DNA of 37,342 bases from Octopus bimaculoides. Taxonomy: Eukaryota. The notes under the pieces were generated by a model. The model did not search any database and was not told the DNA's origin. It worked only from the letters and a program-made list of their open reading frames with translations. Numbering within the stretch: position 1 is the stretch's first letter; the number at the start of each line of letters is the position of its first letter. The stretch covers positions 95,618,493 to 95,655,834 of the forward strand of contig NC_068989.1 in assembly GCF_001194135.2 (NCBI RefSeq). Reading direction: 5' to 3'. The translations under genes were made by a program, and so were the position numbers. This document shows, in pieces, positions 35,814-37,342 of the stretch.

Positions 35814-37076
35814 GGTTTCAGATAAAGAAAGAGACAGTCTAATTTGTAGTCCATGTTCAAGAAATTCTGTAAGTGGAACAGTGAACAAATGCAAGACTTC
35901 TTTTAACCCTTAACTTATAACTTTGTTGTTATCTAAAGTTTAATGATGGAGCTTTGTTTCTAAACCCCTTCTTTATAGAAAAAAATTCATCAGATTAAAA
36001 ACATATAGAACACACATAGAACATATATATATATATACACACATTATTATATCATATTTGCAAGAAATACCACAAAGTAAGACAATAATTAAAATGGGCT
36101 GCCAATCCATTAATCAATGGCTGAGATTACAATCTGAGGAATGCATTGTAAGCAAAAAAGTTACAGTAATGGAATAACGGATTTTTAAAACTATTCTATA
36201 ATACATACATACACATACACAGATACATACTCACTATACACACATACATAACACTTTCTCTCCATACAGATACACAAAAGGTAAACATATATATATTTAT
36301 ATATATAACATGTTTGACTTTAGTGCTGTTTTATTATCCTGGTACAGCATAAAAATACGATTATCAAACAGACTGATATTCAAATTCAGGTGAGTAGTAA
36401 AGTAGTATTGGAAACACTTTTTAATAATTCTTCCTTTATACATGCAGTATATTTAAAAGCTAGTCATGTAGAATATTATTTCCAGTATACCTAAGCTAAT
36501 TAAATTGCAAACCTGAATATAGACATAAAGGTAGAAAATATAGCTAAGCTATAAGCTTCAGAAATTTGTTTAATGTAAAGAAAATCTAATCACTATAAGA
36601 GAGAATAGTGAATAAAAAAATTCGTTGAAAGCATAAATAATTTTTTAAAATTCCAATAAGAAAAATAACATAAAAAAACATAAAACAAAAAATAAGAGCC
36701 TACGTGACACAGAAAATAAATTCTATCTTTTACAAGATCCTCAAATCAGCTTCAAATATCTAATACTCGTTATTTATAATTTATCTGGTATACAATGATA
36801 TTTAATTTTAGGGTAGTCAAAATTGAAATTTTTGGACTGCAATCATTATATAACTGTTGTTAAATGGAAAGAAATAAGAGACAGGAAGGTGCTTAACAAA
36901 TCTAATGGAGCATTAATGCTAACAATACCCCCAAAAGAAACTCTGGTCCTGTTTTATGGAACAATAAATAAAAATTTAGCCTATGCAAATTAGAACATTT
37001 CAGTTCACACTAAGAATAAAGATAAAGTTACAAAGGAAAAACAAAAAGTAAACAGCTTTTATAGTCAAAGCAATAT

Positions 37077-37126
<50 letters not shown>

Positions 37127-37342
37127 GGCTTGAATATGGTACTTATGCGAAGGCACCCGAATATCGCATCCTAAAAGGATGGGTGATTAAAATCAAACAA
37201 TGAGCAACACGGATTTCAAAAGTGATTGCAGTACGCACGTTTCATGCTACTTCAATTTATTTAAGTAATGTGAGCATTACCTTAAATGCAATATGAAGAG
37301 CAATCTTCAGCTGCACGAAAATGCAGAAAAAAGACATATTAT

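Overview
AT-rich, CpG-depleted eukaryotic genomic DNA with a 745-N assembly gap at 1260-2004. The repeat families point to an octopus genome; this is inferred from recognisable tRNA-derived SINEs and RTE LINE tails, not from a database search. The only host coding sequence I can support is one 174-nt internal exon on the minus strand (16214-16387), encoding ILRDDPEWNPWGEEFE...VEIWGKAAI(G), which matches RXYLT1/TMEM5 (ribitol-phosphate xylosyltransferase of the dystroglycan matriglycan pathway). The rest looks like very long intron or flanking sequence filled with decayed mariner transposons, LINE fragments (RTE, CR1/Jockey-like, RLE-type), SINEs and microsatellites. I found no prokaryotic-type system, no CRISPR array and no intact transposase or reverse transcriptase. 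The best leads are a possible nested antisense spliced transcript (23266-26660), a 10 x 29-bp minisatellite built from the mariner YSPDL motif, closely spaced inverted repeats that could be ADAR substrates, a spacer-less (AAT)/(ATT) palindrome, and a decayed hammerhead-like core. None amounts to a demonstrated new system.
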